A stretch of 63,922 nt of DNA, filler included, from Nemertoderma westbladi (lineage: Eukaryota; Animalia; Xenacoelomorpha): assembly GCA_032718475.1 (NCBI GenBank). It is 3 parts of 3 records of this genome, joined end to end, with 100 filler letters (N's around TTAATTAATTAA, not from the genome) between each part and the next. Parts side by side here need not be neighbours in the genome. Positions count along the whole stretch, not along the records: positions 1 to 23,996 come from JAUCBJ010003293.1; positions 24,097 to 54,074 come from JAUCBJ010004768.1; 1 more part is not named here. One strand, written 5' to 3'. Shown here in pieces: positions 12,795 through 24,743 of this stretch (positions are counted from its first letter, which is position 1; each line of letters starts with the position of its first letter). The translations under genes were made by a program, and so were the position numbers. The notes beneath the pieces were generated by a model. That model saw only the letters and a list, made by a program, of their open reading frames with translations. It was not told the origin of the DNA and ran no database searches.

Positions 12795-14253
12795 TTGCTA
12801 CGGTCTGTACGTTAGGTTGCTACGGTCTGTACATATTGACTATAGGTTGCTACGGTCTGTACATTAGGTTGCTACGGTCTGTACTTATTGACTATAGGTT
12901 GCTACGGTCTGTACGTATTGACTATAGGTTGCTACGGTCTGTACATATTGACTATAGGTTGCTACGGTCAGTGCGTTAGGTTGCTACGGTCTGTACGTAT
13001 TGACTATAGGTTGCTACGGTCTGTACGTTAGGTTGCTACGGTTTGTACGTTAGGTTGCTTCGGTCTGTACGTTAGGTTGCTACGGTCTGTACATATTGAC
13101 TATAGGTTGCTACGGTCTGTACATTAGGTTGCTACGGTCTGTACTTATTGACTATAGGTTGCTACGGTCTGTACGTATTGACTATAGGTTGCTACGGTCT
13201 GTACGTATTGACTATAGGTTGCTACGGTCTGTACGTATTGACTATAGGTTGCTACGGTCTGTACGTATTGACTATAGGTTGCTACGGTCTGTACGTAAGG
13301 TTGCTACGGTCTATACCTATTGACTATAGGTTGCTACGGTCTGTACGTATTGACTATAGGTTGCTACGGTCTGTACATATTGACTATAGGTTGCTACGGT
13401 CAGTGCGTTAGGTTGCTACGGTCTGTACGTATTGACTATAGGTTGCTACGGTCTGTACGTTAGGTTGCTACGGTTTGTACGTTAGGTTGCTTCGGTCTGT
13501 ACGTTAGGTTGCTACGGTCTGTACATATTGACTATAGGTTGCTACGGTCTGTACGTTAGGTTGCTACGGTCTGTACGTATTGACTATAGGTTGCTACGGT
13601 CTGTACGTTAGGTTGCTACGGTCTGTACGTATTGACTATAGGTTGCTACGGTCTGTACGTATTGACTATAGGTTGCTATGGTCTGTACGTTAGGTTGCTA
13701 CGGTCTGTACGTATTGACTATAGGTTGCTACGGTCTGTACGTTAGGTTGCTACGGTCTGTACGTATTGACTATAGGTTGCTACGGTCTGTACGTATTGAC
13801 CATAGGTTGCTACGGTCTGTACCTATTGACTGTAGGTTGCTACGGTCTGTACGTATTGACTATAGGTTGCTACGGTCAGTGCGTTAGGTTGCTACGGTCT
13901 GTACGTATTGACTATAGGTTGCTACGGTCTGTACGTTAGGTTGCTACGGTCTGTACGTATTGACTATAGGTTGCTACGGTCTGTACGTATTGACTATAGG
14001 TTGCTACGGTCTGTACGTTAGGTTGCTACGGTCTGTACGTTAGGTTGCTACGGTCTGTACGTATTGACTATAGGTTGCTACGGTCTGTACGTTAGGTTGC
14101 TACGGTCTGTACGTATTGACTATAGGTTGCTACGGTCTGTACGTATTGACCATAGGTTGCTACGGTCTGTACCTATTGACTGTAGGTTGCTACGGTCTGT
14201 ACGTATTGACTATAGGTTGCTACGGTCTGTACGTTAGGTTACTACGGTCTGTA
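12795..14253. repeat. 22/30-bp two-monomer satellite, left part
   Basis: Core GGTTGCTACGGTCTGTACGT followed by either TA (22-mer) or ATTGACTATA (30-mer). Confidence 0.97.
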
Positions 14254-14962
14254 AGTAGTAATGGTTACCCCTCTTTGGCGACAGTTTGGTCCCACTTCGC
14301 ACCTTGGGTGTTAAGTAGGTCATTAATTAATTAAACAATTAATTAATTGGTCGATTAAACAATTAATTAATTGTTTAATCAATCGATTTGTATCAAATAA
14401 TGTTGCCAAAGGCAATTTAATTTGATACAAATCAATCAGATAGGGGATGCGCAATGAATAAATTGTACTACAGCAAATGAAATATACAATACTATAGGCA
14501 CTGTGCAATACAATATACAGTACATTTGTATTATTTTTGCCGTACAGTAGGTAAAGATAGAAAGAAATATAAAGAAGCGAGCGGGGCCCAAAACATAAAT
14601 TACCCTTTCAAGAAAATAAAATGGACCAGTTTGGCCCTGGTTCAGTCCCTCAATAATCTGCGGCCGTTTGGGCTCTTATTAGACGTAGCATGACTAATCC
14701 CACCATTGAATCCTATGTTGAGTTAAACCATTGTCAATTCGCCTAAGAAAATTATAATAAACATCTGGTCTTGCAATAGATTATTCTTCTTTCACAACTC
14801 CATTCTAGCCTCCCTCTATAATAGCCCCCATTCACCGCATTCCCATTCATTCTCTAATTTTATTTTTAAAAGTTTTATTTATTTTCATAAAAGTTTTATT
14901 TATTTAAAATTTTGTAAAATCATTCAGCGAAAATTCATAATATCAATTGACATTGCTATATA

Positions 14963-15904
14963 ATGCCTAGTTATGAAAGATGTTTGGTTTGTAATAAAGA
15001 AATGAGACAAGACAATCTATCTCGTCATATGGAAAGACATAGAAAGGATAAACTAATGGATCCATTACCAAAGAAATTTAAAAAATCCGAAGATATTTTT
15101 AGTGAAGAAGAAAAGAAAAAGAGAGTTGAGCGTGATATATTAAAGATAAAACAGACAATGGAAAATAAATTTCATAAAGTTATGAATATTTTGAAAGGGA
15201 TACAAAAACAGTTACCCCTAGAAAATGATGAGAATTTGAGTGAGAAAGATGAAGAAGAAGAGGACGATGAGATGGAGAATGAAAATAGTGAGGATCAAGA
15301 TGAAGTTGAAGAGAGTAAGGTTGAGAACGAAGTGAGTGAAGGTCATGAAGATGACGAAGAAAGTGAAGGTCAGGAAGAGGGTGAAGAAAGCGAAGGTCAG
15401 GAAGAGAATGAAGAAAATGAAGAACAGGAAGAGGATGAAGAAAGTGAAGAACAGGAAGAGGATGACGAAAGTGAAGGTCAGAAAGAGGATGAAGAAAGTG
15501 AAGGTCAGGAAAGTGAAGAAGATGATGAAAATGATAATAATAAGGAAATATTGAGACAATTACTTGGAAATAAGAATAAATTGCGGAAAATTATTAAACA
15601 TTTAGAAGAGAATGATGAAAATAAAGAAGAGATATTGAGACAAATATTAGCAAACAAAAATCAAATGCGGAAATTTATTAAACAAATGGAAGAAAACGAG
15701 GAAAATAGAGAAGAGATATTAAGACAGGTTTTGGGAAATAAAAGTAAATTATTGAAAATTAATGAACAATTGAATAAAATTAAGAAACCGTTGGTTAATG
15801 AGGAAGATGAAAGTAAAGAAAATCAACCAGCTTTTACTTATTTTCGAAGACCTATAACATCAAACTCTCGTACAGTATTTGCCCGCGCAGGCGGACGCTA
15901 TTGA
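14963..15904 (+). CDS. Zinc-finger/acidic-tract/coiled-coil protein, left-arm copy (313 aa)
   Basis: Intact ATG-to-stop ORF in AT-rich DNA; CLVC-x11-HMERH finger, basic PKKFKK, long E/D tract, three ~27-aa EILRQ(I/L/V)L(G/A)NK repeats; TATA-like TATAAT ~145 bp upstream. Confidence 0.75.
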   Translation: MPSYERCLVCNKEMRQDNLSRHMERHRKDKLMDPLPKKFKKSEDIFSEEEKKKRVERDILKIKQTMENKFHKVMNILKGIQKQLPLENDENLSEKDEEEEDDEMENENSEDQDEVEESKVENEVSEGHEDDEESEGQEEGEESEGQEENEENEEQEEDEESEEQEEDDESEGQKEDEESEGQESEEDDENDNNKEILRQLLGNKNKLRKIIKHLEENDENKEEILRQILANKNQMRKFIKQMEENEENREEILRQVLGNKSKLLKINEQLNKIKKPLVNEEDESKENQPAFTYFRRPITSNSRTVFARAGGRY

Positions 15905-16282
15905 CATTTGTTTGTTTGAGTTCCTTTCATAATAGTATTAGGACTATTTATCCATAACAATTATATTGGTATTAGGAGTATTTATCCTTAATTATTATTA
16001 GTATTATAAATGTATTTGCCAACAATATTTATTGCTATTAGGTCTATTTATTCAAGAAATTATATGTTTTTTATAATATATTTTGGAAAATTAGCCGACT
16101 AAGTCATAATTTTTAAAACTTTAAATAAGGGTGGAGTTATTTTATAAAGTTAAGAAGAGTGAATCAATGGAGGCAACATGAAGTCTAATCTCTTGCCCTT
16201 TACTCATAAGACCGCACATTAACTCCCAAGGTTGCATACTATCACTATAGCTGGGAGAGTCAAAGCTAGTGTACAGGAATGA

Positions 16283-17121
16283 GGAAGTGAGGGAAGTGAG
16301 GGAGTGAGGGAAGTGAAGGAAGTGATGGAAGTGAGGGAAGTGAGGGAAGTGAGGGAAGTGAGGGAAGTGAGGGAAGTGAAGGAAGTGAGGGAAGTGAGGC
16401 AGTGAGGGAAGTGAGGGAAGTGAGGGAAGTGAGGGAAGTGAGGGAAGTGAGGGAAGTGAGGCAGTGAGGGAAGTGAGGGAATTGAGGGAAGTGAGGGAGT
16501 GAGGGAAGTGAGGGAAGTGAGGGAAGTGAGGGAAGTGAGGGAAGTGAGGGAAGTGAGGGAAGTGAGGCAGTGAGGGAAGTTAGGCAGTGAGGGAAGTGAG
16601 GGAAGTGAGAGAAGTGAGGGAAGTGAGGGAAGTGAGGGAAGTGAGGGAAGTGAGGGAAGTGAGGGAAGTGAGGGAAGTGAGGGAAGTGAGGGAAGTGAGG
16701 GAAGTGAGGGAAGTGAGGGAAGTGAGGGAAGTGAGGGGAGTGAGGGAAGTGAGGGAAGTGAGGGGAGTGAGGGAAGTGAGGGAAGTGAGGGAAGTGAGGG
16801 AAGTGAGGGAAGTGAGGGAAGTGAGGGAAGTGAGGCAGTGAGGGAAGTGAGGCAGTGAGGGAAGTGAGGGAAGTGAGAGAAGTGAGGGAAGTGAGGGAAG
16901 TGAGGGAGTGAGGGAAGTGAGGGAAGTGAGGGAGTGAGGGAAGTGTACAAATCTGGGAAGTGAGGGAATGAGGGAAGTGAGGGAAGTGAGGGAAGTGAGG
17001 GAAGTGAGGGAGTGAGGGAAGTGAGGGAAGTGAGGGAAGTGAGGGAAGTGAGGGAAGTGAGGGAAGTGAGGGAGTGAGGGAGGGAGGGAGTGAGGGAATG
17101 AGGGAGGGAGTGAGGGAAGTG
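16283..17121. repeat. 9-bp purine-rich minisatellite (GAGGGAAGT)n, ~90 copies
   Basis: Directly visible; occasional 8-bp variants. Confidence 0.95.
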
Positions 17122-17147
17122 ACGTCACTTATATATTTACACTTATT

Positions 17148-17820
17148 TGCAGATGGATTCGCCTCCTTTGAAAGTCACAGCTAATGGTCTAATACATATC
17201 TGCCAAGTTTCAGCTTAAACGGATTGAAAGCAAAGAAATGGGAGGGCATTTAATGTTTAGACATGTGGCCCTCTAGCGGGAGACCATTGCACTGATGGTG
17301 TCTGAAAGTCTCTCAAAAATCTCAACTTTTGCTCATATTGATACCTACAAATTTTCAACTTGGCAGCTTTAAATCCGACAAAGTTATTAGCATGTCAAAA
17401 TCGTAACGACGACAACGATTTCACTTTCAGACCTTTGGCCCTTTAGCGGCAGACTGGAGAACTGCAGATGGATTCGCCTCCTTTGAAAGTCACAGCTAAT
17501 GGTCTAATACATATCTGCCAAGTTTCAGCTTAAACGGATTAAAAGCAAAGAAATGGGAGGGCATTTAATGTTTAGACATGTGGCCCTCTAGCGGGAGACC
17601 ATTGCACTGATGGTGTCTGAAAGTCTCTCAAAAATCTCAACTTTTGCTCATATTGATACCTACAAATTTTCAACTTGGCAGCTTTAAATCCGACAAAGTT
17701 ATTAGCATGTCAAAATCGTAACGACGACGACGACGACAACGACGACGACGACGACGACAACTATTTGCATAAATTGACCCACCCCCTAACAGTGTCAATT
17801 CGCTAAGGCTCCGCCAACTT
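17148..17820 (+). repeat. ~315-bp tandem duplication followed by (ACG)n and a stem-loop; Helentron/HINE-like fragment
   Basis: GCAGATGGATTCGCCTCC... recurs at ~17149 and ~17465; (GAC)n tract, then AATTGAC...GTCAATT inverted repeat. Confidence 0.55.
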
Positions 17821-18018
17821 CATAATATAATATAACTGTAAATATATTATAAAAAACATATAATTTCTTGAATAAATAGACCTAATAGCAATAAATATTG
17901 TTGGCAAATACATTTATAATACTAATAATAATTAAGGATAAATACTCCTAATACCAATATAATTGTTATGGATAAATAGTCCTAATACTATTATGAAAGG
18001 AACTCAAACAAACAAATG

Positions 18019-18987
18019 TCAATAGCGTCCGCCTGCGCGGGCAAATACTGTACGAGAGTTTGCTGTCATAGGTCTTCGAAAATAAGTAAAAGCTGGTTGA
18101 TTTTCTTTACTTTCATCTTCCTCATTAACCAACGGTTTCTTAATTTTATTCAATTGTTCATTAATTTTCAATAATTTACTTTTATTTCCCAAAACCTGTC
18201 TTAATATCTCTTCTCTATTTTCCTCGTTTTCTTCCATTTGTTTAATAAATTTCCGCATTTGATTTTTGTTTCCTAATATTTGTCTCAATATCTCTTCTTT
18301 ATTTTCATCATTCTCTTCTAAATGTTTAATAATTTTCCGCAATTTATTCTTATTTCCAAGTAATTGTCTCAATATTTCCTTATTATTATCATTTTCATCA
18401 TCTTCTTCACTTTCCTGACCTTCACTTTCTTCGTCCTCTTCCTGACCTTCACTTTCTTCATCCTCTTTCTGACCTTCACTTTCGTCATCCTCTTCCTGTT
18501 CTTCACTTTCTTCATCCTCTTCCTGTTCTTCATTTTCTTCATTCTCTTCCTGACCTTCGCTTTCTTCACCCTCTTCCTGACCTTCACTTTCTTCGTCATC
18601 TTCATGACCTTCACTCACTTCGTTCTCAACCTCACTCTCTTCAACTTCATCTTGATCCTCACTATTTTCATTCTCCATCTCATCGTCCTCTTCTTCTTCA
18701 TCTTTCTCACTCAAATTCTCATCATTTTCTAGGGGTAACTGTTTTTGTATCCCTTTCAAAATATTCATAACTTTATGAAATTTATTTTCCATTGTCTGTT
18801 TTATCTTTAATATATCACGCTCAACTCTCTTTTTCTTTTCTTCTTCACTAAAAATATCTTCGGATTTTTTAAATTTCTTTGGTAATGGATCCATTAGTTT
18901 ATCCTTTCTATGTCTTTCCATATGACGAGATAGATTGTCTTGTCTCATTTCTTTATTACAAACCAAACATCTTTCATAACTAGGCAT
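18019..18987 (-). CDS. Zinc-finger/acidic-tract/coiled-coil protein, right-arm copy (322 aa)
   Basis: Inverted copy of 14963-15904 with an in-frame 27-bp insertion and four amino-acid differences (K/E, A/G, I/M, S/A). Confidence 0.75.
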   Translation of the reverse strand: MPSYERCLVCNKEMRQDNLSRHMERHRKDKLMDPLPKKFKKSEDIFSEEEKKKRVERDILKIKQTMENKFHKVMNILKGIQKQLPLENDENLSEKDEEEEDDEMENENSEDQDEVEESEVENEVSEGHEDDEESEGQEEGEESEGQEENEENEEQEEDEESEEQEEDDESEGQKEDEESEGQEEDEESEGQESEEDDENDNNKEILRQLLGNKNKLRKIIKHLEENDENKEEILRQILGNKNQMRKFIKQMEENEENREEILRQVLGNKSKLLKINEQLNKIKKPLVNEEDESKENQPAFTYFRRPMTANSRTVFARAGGRY

Positions 18988-19698
18988 TATATAGCAATGT
19001 CAATTGATATTATGAATTTTCGCTGAATGATTTTACAAAATTTTAAATAAATAAAACTTTTATGAAAATAAATAAAACTTTTAAAAATAAAATTAGAGAA
19101 TGAATGGGAATGCGGTGAATGGGGGCTATTATAGAGGGAGGCTAGAATGGAGTTGTGAAAGAAGAATAATCTATTCGCAAGACCAGATGTTTATTATAAT
19201 TTTCTTAGGCGAATTGACAATGGTTTAACTCAACATAGGATTCAATGGTGGGATTAGTCATGCTACGTCTAATAAGAGCCCAAACGGCCGCAGATTATTG
19301 AGGGACTGAACCAGGGCCAAACTGGTCCATTTTATTTTCTTGAAAGGGTAATTTATGTTTTGGGCCCCGCTCGCTTCTTTATATTTCTTTCTATCTTTAC
19401 CTACTGTACGGCAAAAATAATACAAATGTACTGTATATTGTATTGCACAGTGCCTATAGTATTGTATATTTCATTTGCTGTAGTACAATTTATTCATTGC
19501 GCATCCCCTATCTGATTGATTTGTATCAAATTAAATTGCCTTTGGCAACATTATTTGATACAAATCGATTGATTAAACAATTAATTAATTGTTTAATCGA
19601 CCAATTAATTAATTGTTTAATTAATTAATGACCTACTTAACACCCAAGGTGCGAAGTGGGACCAAACTGTCGCCAAAGAGGGGTAAACCATTACTACT

Positions 19699-22600
19699 TC
19701 TGTACGTATTGACTATAGGTTGCTACGGTCTGTACGTATTGACCATAGGTTGCTACGGTCTGTACCTATTGACTGTAGGTTGCTACTGTCTGTACGTATT
19801 GACTATAGGTTGCTACGGTCTGTACGTATTGACTATAGGTTGCTACGGTCTGTACGTTAGGTTGCTACGGTCTGTACGTATTGGCTATAGGTTGCTACGG
19901 TCTGTACGTTAGGTTGCTACGGTCTGTACGTATTGACTATAGGTTGCTACGGTCTGTACGTTAGGTTGCTACGGTCTGTACGTATTGACTATAGGTTGCT
20001 ACGGTATGTACCTATTGACTATAGGTTGCTACGGTCTGTACTTATTGACTATAGGTTGCTACGGTCTGTACGTATTGACTATAGGTTGCTACGGTCTGTA
20101 CGTATTGACTATAGGTTGCTACGGTCTGTACGTTAGGTTGCTACGGTCTGTACGTATTGACTATAGGTTGCTACGGTCTGTACGTATTGACCATAGGTTG
20201 CTACGGTCTGTGCCTATTGACTGTAGGTTGCTACGGTCTGTACGTATTGACTATAGGTTGCTACGGTCAGTACGTTAGGTTGCTACGGTCTGTACGTATT
20301 GACTATAGGTTGCTACGGTCTATACGTTAGGTTGCTACGGTCTGTACGTATTGACTATAGGTTGCTACGGTATGTACGTTAGGTTGCTACGGTATGTACG
20401 TTAGGTTGCTACGGTCTGTACGTATTGACTATAGGTTGCTACGGTATGTACCTATTGACTATAGGTTGCTACGGTCTGTGCGTTAGGTTGCTACGGTCTG
20501 TACGTATTGACTATAGGTTGCTACGGTTTGTACGTATTGACTATAGGTTGCTACGGTCTGTACCTATTGACTATAGGTTGATACGGTCTGTACGTTAGGT
20601 TGCTACGGTCTGTACGTATTGACTATAGGTTGCTACGGTCTGTACGTATTGACTATAGGTTGCTACGGTCTGTACGCATTGATTTTAGGTTGCTACGGTC
20701 TGTATGTTAGGTTGCTACGGTCTGTACGCATTGACTATAGGTTGCTACGGTCTGTACGTTAGGTTGCTACGGTCTGTACGTATTGACTATAGGTTGCTAC
20801 GGTCTTTACGTTAGGTTGCTACGGTCTGTACGTATTGACTATAGGTTGCTACGGTATGTACCTATTGACTATAGGTTGCTACGGTCTGTACTTATTGACT
20901 ATAGGTTGCTACGGTCTGTACGTATTGACTATAGGTTGCTACGGTCTGTACGTATTGACTATAGGTTGCTACGGTCTGTACGTTAGGTTGCTACGGTCTG
21001 TACGTATTGACTATAGGTTGCTACGGTCTGTACGTATTGACCATAGGTTGCTACGGTCTGTACCTATTGACTGTAGGTTGCTACGGTCTGTACGTATTGA
21101 CTATAGGTTGCTACGGTCAGTACGTTAGGTTGCTACGGTCTGTACGTATTGACTATAGGTTGCTACGGTCTGTACGTATTGACTATAGGTTGCTACGGTC
21201 TGTACGTTAGGTTGCTACGGTCTGTACGTTAGGTTGCTACGGTCTGTACGTTAGGTTGCTACGGTCTGTACGTTAGGTTGCCACGGTCTGTACATATTGA
21301 CTATAGGTCGCTACGGTCTGTACGTTAGGTTGCTACGGTCTGTACGTATTGACTATAGGTTGCTACGGTCTGTACGTTAGGTTGCTACGGTCTGTACGTA
21401 TTGACTATAGGTTGCTACGGTCTGTACGTATTGACTATAGGTTGCTACGGTCTGTACGTATTGACTATAGGTTGCTACGGTCTGTACCTATTGACTATAG
21501 GTTGCTACGGTCTGTACGTTAGGTTGCTACGGTCTGTACGTATTGACTATAGGTTGCTACGGTCTGTACGTATTGACTATAGGTTGCTACGGTCTGTACG
21601 CATTGATTTTAGGTTGCTACGGTCTGTATGTTAGGTTGCTACGGTCTGTACGCATTGACTATAGGTTGCTACGGTCTGTACGTTAGGTTGCTACGGTCTG
21701 TACGTATTGACTATAGGTTGCTACGGTCTGTACGTTAGGTTGCTACGGTCTGTACGTATTGACTATAGGTTGCTACGGTCTGTACGTATTGACTATAGGT
21801 TGCTACGGTCTGTACCTATTGACTATAGGTTGCTACGGTCTGTACGTTATGTTGCTACGGTCTGTACGTATTGACTATAGGTTGCTACGGTCTGTACGTA
21901 TTGACTATAGGTTGCTACGGTCTGTACGCATTGATTTTAGGTTGCTACGGTCTGTATGTTAGGTTGCTACGGTCTGTACGCATTGACTATAGGTTGCTAC
22001 GGTCTGTACGTATTGACCATAGGTTGCTACGGTCTGTACCTATTGACTGTAGGTTGCTACGGTCTGTACGTATTGACTATAGGTTGCTACGGTCTGTACG
22101 TATTGACTATATGTTGCTACGGTCTGTACGTATTGACTATAGGTTGCTACGGTCTGTACGTATTGACTATAGGTTGCTACGGTCTGTACCTATTGACTAT
22201 AGGTTGCTACGGTCTGTACGTTAGGTTGCTACGGTCTGTACGTATTGACTATAGGTTGCTACGGTCTGTACGTATTGACTATAGGTTGCTACGGTCTGTA
22301 CGTTAGGTTGCTACGGTCTGTACGTATTGACTATAGGTTGCTACGGTCTGTACGTATTGACCATAGGTTGCTACGGTCTGTACCTATTGACTGTAGGTTG
22401 CTACGGTCTGTACGTATTGACTATAGGTTGCTACGGTCTGTACGTATTGACTATAGGTTGCTACGGTCTGTACGTATTGACTATAGGTTGCTACGGTCTG
22501 TACGTATTGACTATAGGTTGCTACGGTCTGTACCTATTGACTATAGGTTGCTACGGTCTGTACGTTAGGTTGCTACGGTCTGTACGTATTGACTATAGGT

Positions 22601-23996
22601 TGATACGGTCTGTACGTATTGACTATAGGTTGCTACGGTCTGTACCTATTGACTATAAGTTGCTACGGTCTGTACGTTAGGTTGCTACGGTCTGTACGTA
22701 TTGACTATAGGTTGCTACGGTCTGTACGTATTGACTATAGGTTGCTACGGTCTGTACGTATTGACTATAGGTTGCTACGGTCTGTACGCATTGATTTTAG
22801 GTTGCTACGGTCTGTATGTTAGGTTGCTACGGTCTGTACGCATTGACTATAGGTTGCTACGGTCTGTACGTATTGACCATAGGTTGCTACGGTCTGTACC
22901 TATTGACTGTAGGTTGCTACGGTCTGTACGTATTGACTATAGGTTGCTACGGTCTGTACGTTAGGTTGCTACGGTCTGTACGTATTGACTATAGGTTGCT
23001 ACGGTCTGTACGTATTGACTATAGGTTGCTACGGTCTGTACCTATTGACTATAGGTTGCTACGGTCTGTACGTTAGGTTGCTACGGTCTGTACGTATTGA
23101 CTATAGGTTGCTACGGTCTGTACGTATTGACTATAGGTTGCTACGGTCTGTACCTATTGACTATAAGTTGCTACGGTCTGTACGTTAGGTTGCTACGGTC
23201 TGTACGTATTGACTATAGGTTGCTACGGTCTGTACGTATTGACTATAGGTTGCTACGGTCTGTACGTATTGACTATAGGTTGCTACGGTCTGTACGCATT
23301 GATTTTAGGTTGCTACGGTCTGTATGTTAGGTTGCTACGGTCTGTACGCATTGACTATAGGTTGCTACGGTCTGTACGTTAGGTTGCTACGGTCTGTACG
23401 TATTGACTATAGGTTGCTACGGTCTGTACGTTAGGTTGCTACGGTCTGTACGTATTGACTATAGGTTGCTACGGTCTGTACGTATTGACTATAGGTTGCT
23501 ACGGTCTGTACGTATTGACTATAGGTTGCTACGGTCTGTACCTATTGACTATAGGTTGCTACGGTCTGTACGTTATGTTGCTACGGTCTGTACGTATTGA
23601 CTATAGGTTGCTACGGTCTGTACGTATTGACTATAGGTTGCTACGGTCTGTACGCATTGATTTTAGGTTGCTACGGTCTGTATGTTAGGTTGCTACGGTC
23701 TGTACGCATTGACTATAGGTTGCTACGGTCTGTACGTATTGACCATAGGTTGCTACGGTCTGTACGTATTGACTATAGGTTGCTACGGTCTGTACGTATT
23801 GACTATAGGTTGCTACGGTCTGTACGTATTGACTATAGGTTGCTACGGTCTGTACGTTAGGTTGCTACGGTCTGTACGTATTGACTATAGGTTGCTACGG
23901 TCTGTACTATTGACTATAGGTTGCTACGGTCTGTACCTATTGACTATAAGTTGCTACGGTCTGTACGTTAGGTTGCTACGGTCTGTACGCATTGAC
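19699..23996. repeat. 22/30-bp two-monomer satellite, right part, running into the gap
   Basis: Same monomers and orientation as 12795-14253; 850-bp higher-order duplication (19933 vs 20783). Confidence 0.97.
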
Positions 23997-24096
23997 NNNN
24001 NNNNNNNNNNNNNNNNNNNNNNNNNNNNNNNNNNNNNNNNTTAATTAATTAANNNNNNNNNNNNNNNNNNNNNNNNNNNNNNNNNNNNNNNNNNNN
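23997..24096. other. Artificial contig linker (N44-TTAATTAATTAA-N44)
   Basis: Exactly 100 nt with an all-frame stop 12-mer at 24041-24052. Confidence 0.95.
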
Positions 24097-24192
24097 ACCT
24101 CCAGACCTAGTTGTGGACGCTCTAATCAATTGAACCTGGTTGGCGCCGGGGGTTTTCTCCGTTTCAAGGTACCACAAGTCTTTGCAACAAAC
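24097..24192 (-). CDS. HCFC1: Host cell factor 1, exon 7 (truncated by the gap)
   Basis: AG acceptor, [13 protein letters not shown]...VQLIRASTT (kelch end/Fn3 start); small indels near the contig end. Confidence 0.85.
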
Positions 24193-24743
24193 CTTTAATA
24201 TAGTTAGAGTTGTATGTTATCAGACCCAATTTAGTTATAACAACGGTCACAAACCCGTTTATATTGTTCCGTTTCCGGTTATAATTGTTCCACCACGCCT
24301 TCCTCTCCTATCCATCTCTACCAACACGTGAGACAGGGAGGAAACTTACCCAAATCCCATCTCGGCGAATTCGCCTCAATTTTAAATTATCAATTACGGG
24401 AAAGGAGCAGGTTATGGCACGGTACGTTATTTTAACCAAAAAACTGCATTGAAACTGCACATTGAGATGCTACGCTAGTTTAACAAAAACATTTTGTCAC
24501 CACCATGCAATCCACAATTGGCAAGCCAATGCAGCGTGCATTAAGAATGCTATGCCGGCTTGTCGACAAAGTTGCTCCGCCACAACTCCACTATCCCCCA
24601 TGACTTTGCGAGATTATCCGCATCTTCAAGGCCAGTGTCCTTTAGGAGGCGTCTCACGAAAGTCATGGGCTGTCCACATGCTTATTTTCTCCATGGGGCT
24701 GCCAAAGCACAAGATTGTGCCTAGACTGGCTGGTCCTCACGGC

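Larger units (their letters stand above)
14254..19698. mobile_element. Non-autonomous Maverick/Polinton-like element with ~1.83-kb gene-bearing inverted arms
   Basis: Termini AGTAGT (14254) and ACTACT (19698); 6-bp TSD TCTGTA (14248-14253, 19699-19704); arms 14254-16083 and 17840-19698 are near-identical inverted repeats; no pPolB, integrase or capsid ORF. Confidence 0.8.

Noticed and set aside
16219-17128. SLP/LTS/REV repeat ORFs
   Set aside because: Translations of the 9-bp minisatellite
15218-18732. Hydrophobic F/I/L-rich and K/R-rich ORFs overlapping the acidic gene
   Set aside because: Antisense and alternate-frame shadows of the GAA-rich tract
14254-19698. Palindrome as a sequencing foldback artefact
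   Set aside because: Arms differ by substitutions and a 27-bp indel, there is a unique core and a TSD, and the flanking satellite keeps one orientation
12795-23996. CRISPR-like appearance of the repeat arrays
   Set aside because: No unique spacers, no cas genes, eukaryotic intron context
24041-24052. TTAATTAATTAA island within Ns
   Set aside because: Synthetic linker, repeated identically at 54119-54130
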